From contig MHCB01000012.1 in NCBI GenBank assembly GCA_001816455.1, positions 1 to 47,612 of the forward strand: a stretch of 47,612 nucleotides of DNA. Direction: 5' to 3'. The translations under genes were made by a program, and so were the position numbers. Position 1 is the first letter of the stretch. Each line of letters starts with the position of its first letter. This DNA comes from Candidatus Blackburnbacteria bacterium RIFCSPHIGHO2_12_FULL_44_25 (GTDB lineage: Bacteria > Patescibacteriota > Microgenomatia > UBA8517 > UBA10165). Positions 44,851-47,612 of this stretch are shown one piece after another. The notes under the pieces are model-generated. The model did not search any database. It was not told the origin of the DNA and saw only the letters and a program-made list of their open reading frames with translations.

Positions 44851-47216
44851 AAAATATCCTTAAAAAATATCAATTGTTTTTGATGGGCGCACTAATATTT
44901 CTAGTATGTTTTCTTGCGTATGGAAAAATTCTTGGAATGTATTTTTACTTAGAAGATTATCTGATTCTCCATTCCATCCAACATCCGAATTCCCCAAGTG
45001 CAGGGTACGGGTCAGGCATTGTTGGAAGACCATATGGTTATGCTGTAACACCTTTTATTCCTTTTTATTATCTTTTTAAACTCAACCCTTTTGGCTATTA
45101 TCTTGTCGAAATAATCTTGTATTTTCTGGCCGCTATCGCAGTTTACTATCTTGTATTAACTTTAACAAAGAATAAGAACGCCTCACTTGGTTCATCGCTC
45201 ATTTTCGCTTCAGGGTATGTTGGCTCAGAGTCACTATATCGGCTCGCAGTGGGTTGGCAAAATATTTTTGCTGCTATTTTCATTTCCCTATCGGCGGCCT
45301 TTTACTATAGATATATAAAAAATCCAAGCTTAAAAAGTTACATTCTGGCTTTTTTTATCTACCTTTTTACTTCCGAGTTTTCTTTCTATAGAGCCCATGG
45401 AATCGTTCTTATTGTTTTAAGTCTAGAGATATTATTTAACTTTAAACCCATAAAATCCTTAATTAGGATGATCCCATTTGCCCTAAGTTATTGGTATTTT
45501 TACGTTTATTCAATCAGAGACTTTATGAGTCCAGGCTCTACATCTGCGACATTACTTCATAAGATATTTGCAGAGAGACATTACAACTATCTTCTTGTTC
45601 CATTAAAAACTCTTGAAAACCTGTTTGTTCCCGATAAAATAAATCTACCTCTGTTTATTTTCCTGGCAGCTTTTCTAGTGGCATTGGCTTGGAAAAGAAA
45701 CAAAACTCTTATTTACTGTTTAATATTTACCGCTGCAAACTTCCTAGTATATTTTTACTATTCTCCGGGTAGTCCTCAAGAAACAGCCCAGCGGTACCTA
45801 CTGGTTTCATATGTGGGAGCTGCATCATTCTGGGGTATTTTTTTAGACAAAGTTTTTAGTAATAAACTTAAATACTTCCTATCATGCTCAGTAATCCTTG
45901 CGTTGAATTTAGGATTTTCACATAAAGAGCAAATTAATATTTTGCAGAATCGTAGTAAGCCATCTGCAAGATTTTGGCAAGATATGCGATCGCAGGTGGC
46001 AAGCTTACCAGAACATTCCGCTATATATATCGATTCAAAAAATGATGGTGTTTCAAAACCTGCACGAGACGCAGCCGTGGGTGCCGGTTCCATGGGCCCC
46101 ACAACTTCATTTGCTGCATATTACGGTATAGATTGGACAGACATATACCTTGCGGAAACTTTTTCTGAACTTCTTGAATTTATAAAAGACGGACAGGTTT
46201 TACCAAAAAATGTTTACACATTTTTCTATTCCAAAAATGAAGGATTAGTGAATACAACCGATCTAACTAAAGAAGCACTAGCCGGAACAAAATCCGCAAG
46301 CTCTTTTAAGTCCCTAAGTGATATTAGTCTCCCTTACAGTTCTCCTCTCCTCCTTGATTTCTCAAGCGATGTAAGACTTATATCCTCAAGCCTTGAATAC
46401 TCAAAGGAAAAAGTTGACCTTCCCCGTTATTTGCAATTCCTCAACTCAAAGGTCCGCTATTATAAAAACGTTTCGGCTTCTTCTACGACACAAGTCCGAT
46501 ATTCTGAAATAAAAAACATAATCGACGAAAATGCAGAAACTAGTTGGAGAGCAGATGATTTAGATTGGGCTAACTCCCACAAGGAAGAGGTGATCTTGGA
46601 CTTGGGAGAAACAAAAACTGTTGGAGGGATCCTAATTATCCCTGCTAGTATTGCTCGAACACCTTCAAAATATACATACGAATGCTCACAAGATCGTGTT
46701 ACTTGGGATAGTCTGGGTAGCTACGATAGGAAAGTTGAAAAAGTTGACGAGTTTCTTGATAAGCTTAAAGTTTCAACTTGCCATTTTATAAAACTTACAA
46801 TCTCTGCGACAGAAAGAAACGGCCCACCTCAAATATCTGAAATTGTGATTATCGAAGATGGCTTTGCTGATCTAAATGTAGATCACGCCGATAAGATTGA
46901 AGCAGATCCATTCAGGTTCGTGAGTTCGCAAGAGGACATTAACGTGTTGCACAAGTATCTAAACGAGAGTGGAGCAAGTGGGGAAATTTGTATAAACACA
47001 GATAAACAGGCTAACAAACGTACATGTACTAAGCACAATTTTAAACTGGGAATTAACAACGATTCAGTGTTTATTGATCAAGGGGGCAAATTATTGCAAA
47101 ATGTAGAAATTAAGCTTCCATCACAACTGCAAATAGAGACTAAAAACCCAAAAATTAGATATTTAACCTTTAAGGAACTTGATAAGCTAGACTACATTAC
47201 AAAGTACGAGGATTAA
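44847..47216 (+). CDS. GT-C-like membrane protein fused to an F5/8 type C (discoidin/CBM32-like) domain
   Basis: YFYLEDY after TM1, GRP, ~10 TM. C-terminal NIIDENAETSW...EVILDLGE...YECSQDRVTW...FIKLTI...QISEI. ATGA coupling gives start 44847. Confidence 0.8.
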   Translation: MKNILKKYQLFLMGALIFLVCFLAYGKILGMYFYLEDYLILHSIQHPNSPSAGYGSGIVGRPYGYAVTPFIPFYYLFKLNPFGYYLVEIILYFLAAIAVYYLVLTLTKNKNASLGSSLIFASGYVGSESLYRLAVGWQNIFAAIFISLSAAFYYRYIKNPSLKSYILAFFIYLFTSEFSFYRAHGIVLIVLSLEILFNFKPIKSLIRMIPFALSYWYFYVYSIRDFMSPGSTSATLLHKIFAERHYNYLLVPLKTLENLFVPDKINLPLFIFLAAFLVALAWKRNKTLIYCLIFTAANFLVYFYYSPGSPQETAQRYLLVSYVGAASFWGIFLDKVFSNKLKYFLSCSVILALNLGFSHKEQINILQNRSKPSARFWQDMRSQVASLPEHSAIYIDSKNDGVSKPARDAAVGAGSMGPTTSFAAYYGIDWTDIYLAETFSELLEFIKDGQVLPKNVYTFFYSKNEGLVNTTDLTKEALAGTKSASSFKSLSDISLPYSSPLLLDFSSDVRLISSSLEYSKEKVDLPRYLQFLNSKVRYYKNVSASSTTQVRYSEIKNIIDENAETSWRADDLDWANSHKEEVILDLGETKTVGGILIIPASIARTPSKYTYECSQDRVTWDSLGSYDRKVEKVDEFLDKLKVSTCHFIKLTISATERNGPPQISEIVIIEDGFADLNVDHADKIEADPFRFVSSQEDINVLHKYLNESGASGEICINTDKQANKRTCTKHNFKLGINNDSVFIDQGGKLLQNVEIKLPSQLQIETKNPKIRYLTFKELDKLDYITKYED

Positions 47217-47612
47217 GGTAACTGATTACTTCTTATTTTTTTGGCAACAACCCAGAAGATCAAATTAACTAACTCCGCAACAATCAATACTGCTCGCGAC
47301 AACAAGGCTATAAAAGCTGCTTGCGGCACACCCATTTGTTGGCCCGTTAACACAATGAACGCACCCTCACGTACCCCCAAACCCATAGGAGTAATAAAAC
47401 TCAAGTATCCAACCAGCCAAGCCAAAAGCGACGAGGAAAACAGAAGCGGAACATTCCCGGTGTTTAAATTATCTATTAGTGTGATTGTACCCAAGCCATA
47501 CAACGTCCAGGCAACAATCTGAAATAAGAAGACCACCAAAAGGACACGTGGATTTACATTTTGAGCAATCAGTTTCGAAAGAAACCTTTTAACTAAATTT
47601 TTCAAAAAATAT
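47213..47612 (-). CDS. C-terminal part of a second LPG-synthase-TM / flippase-like protein (5' end beyond the window)
   Basis: AWLVGYLSFITPMGLGVREG...LLSR, homologous to 37018-37932. Frame stays open to the right edge. Confidence 0.85.
   Translation of the reverse strand, partial: YFLKNLVKRFLSKLIAQNVNPRVLLVVFLFQIVAWTLYGLGTITLIDNLNTGNVPLLFSSSLLAWLVGYLSFITPMGLGVREGAFIVLTGQQMGVPQAAFIALLSRAVLIVAELVNLIFWVVAKKIRSNQLP

Noticed and set aside
80..47522. Dozens of 60-175 aa ORFs in the track lying antisense or out of frame within long genes (e.g. 80-280, 1753-2040, 15859-16383, 17867-18292, 41888-42286, 43155-43565)
   Set aside because: They are fully nested in well-supported CDSs and have no recognisable motifs or independent start signals; they are expected shadow ORFs.

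Overview
Gene-dense, moderately AT-rich bacterial DNA whose gene families, near-zero intergenic spacing and apparently leaderless promoters point to a Patescibacteria/CPR genome, probably Microgenomates-like (inference). Bases 1-2.65 kb hold a small nucleotide/DNA-maintenance cluster: a beta-class DNA methyltransferase cut by the left edge and absent from the ORF track, a wHTH-Nudix protein with an upstream GT-N7-AC palindrome, a small membrane protein, and a uracil-DNA glycosylase-superfamily gene. The glycosylase gene carries two related hairpin-rich miniature elements, both inserted at TAT^AGAT. The remaining ~45 kb (2648 to the right edge) is one very large surface-glycosylation locus. It has about 16 predicted polytopic GT-C-fold glycosyltransferases (ArnT/PMT-like, YfhO, PIG-V-like, GT87-like, and three with C-terminal discoidin-like domains), 7 GT2, 4 GT4, 2 Wzx-type flippases, 2 LPG-synthase-TM flippase-like proteins, 2 SAM methyltransferases and one secreted DUF5667-like protein. 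It has no nucleotide-sugar synthesis genes and no recognisable Wzz or ABC exporter. Smaller signals include a 40-bp tandem duplication of a promoter and three degenerate 7-bp tandem arrays inside coding regions. All family assignments come from motif reading by eye; no searches were run.
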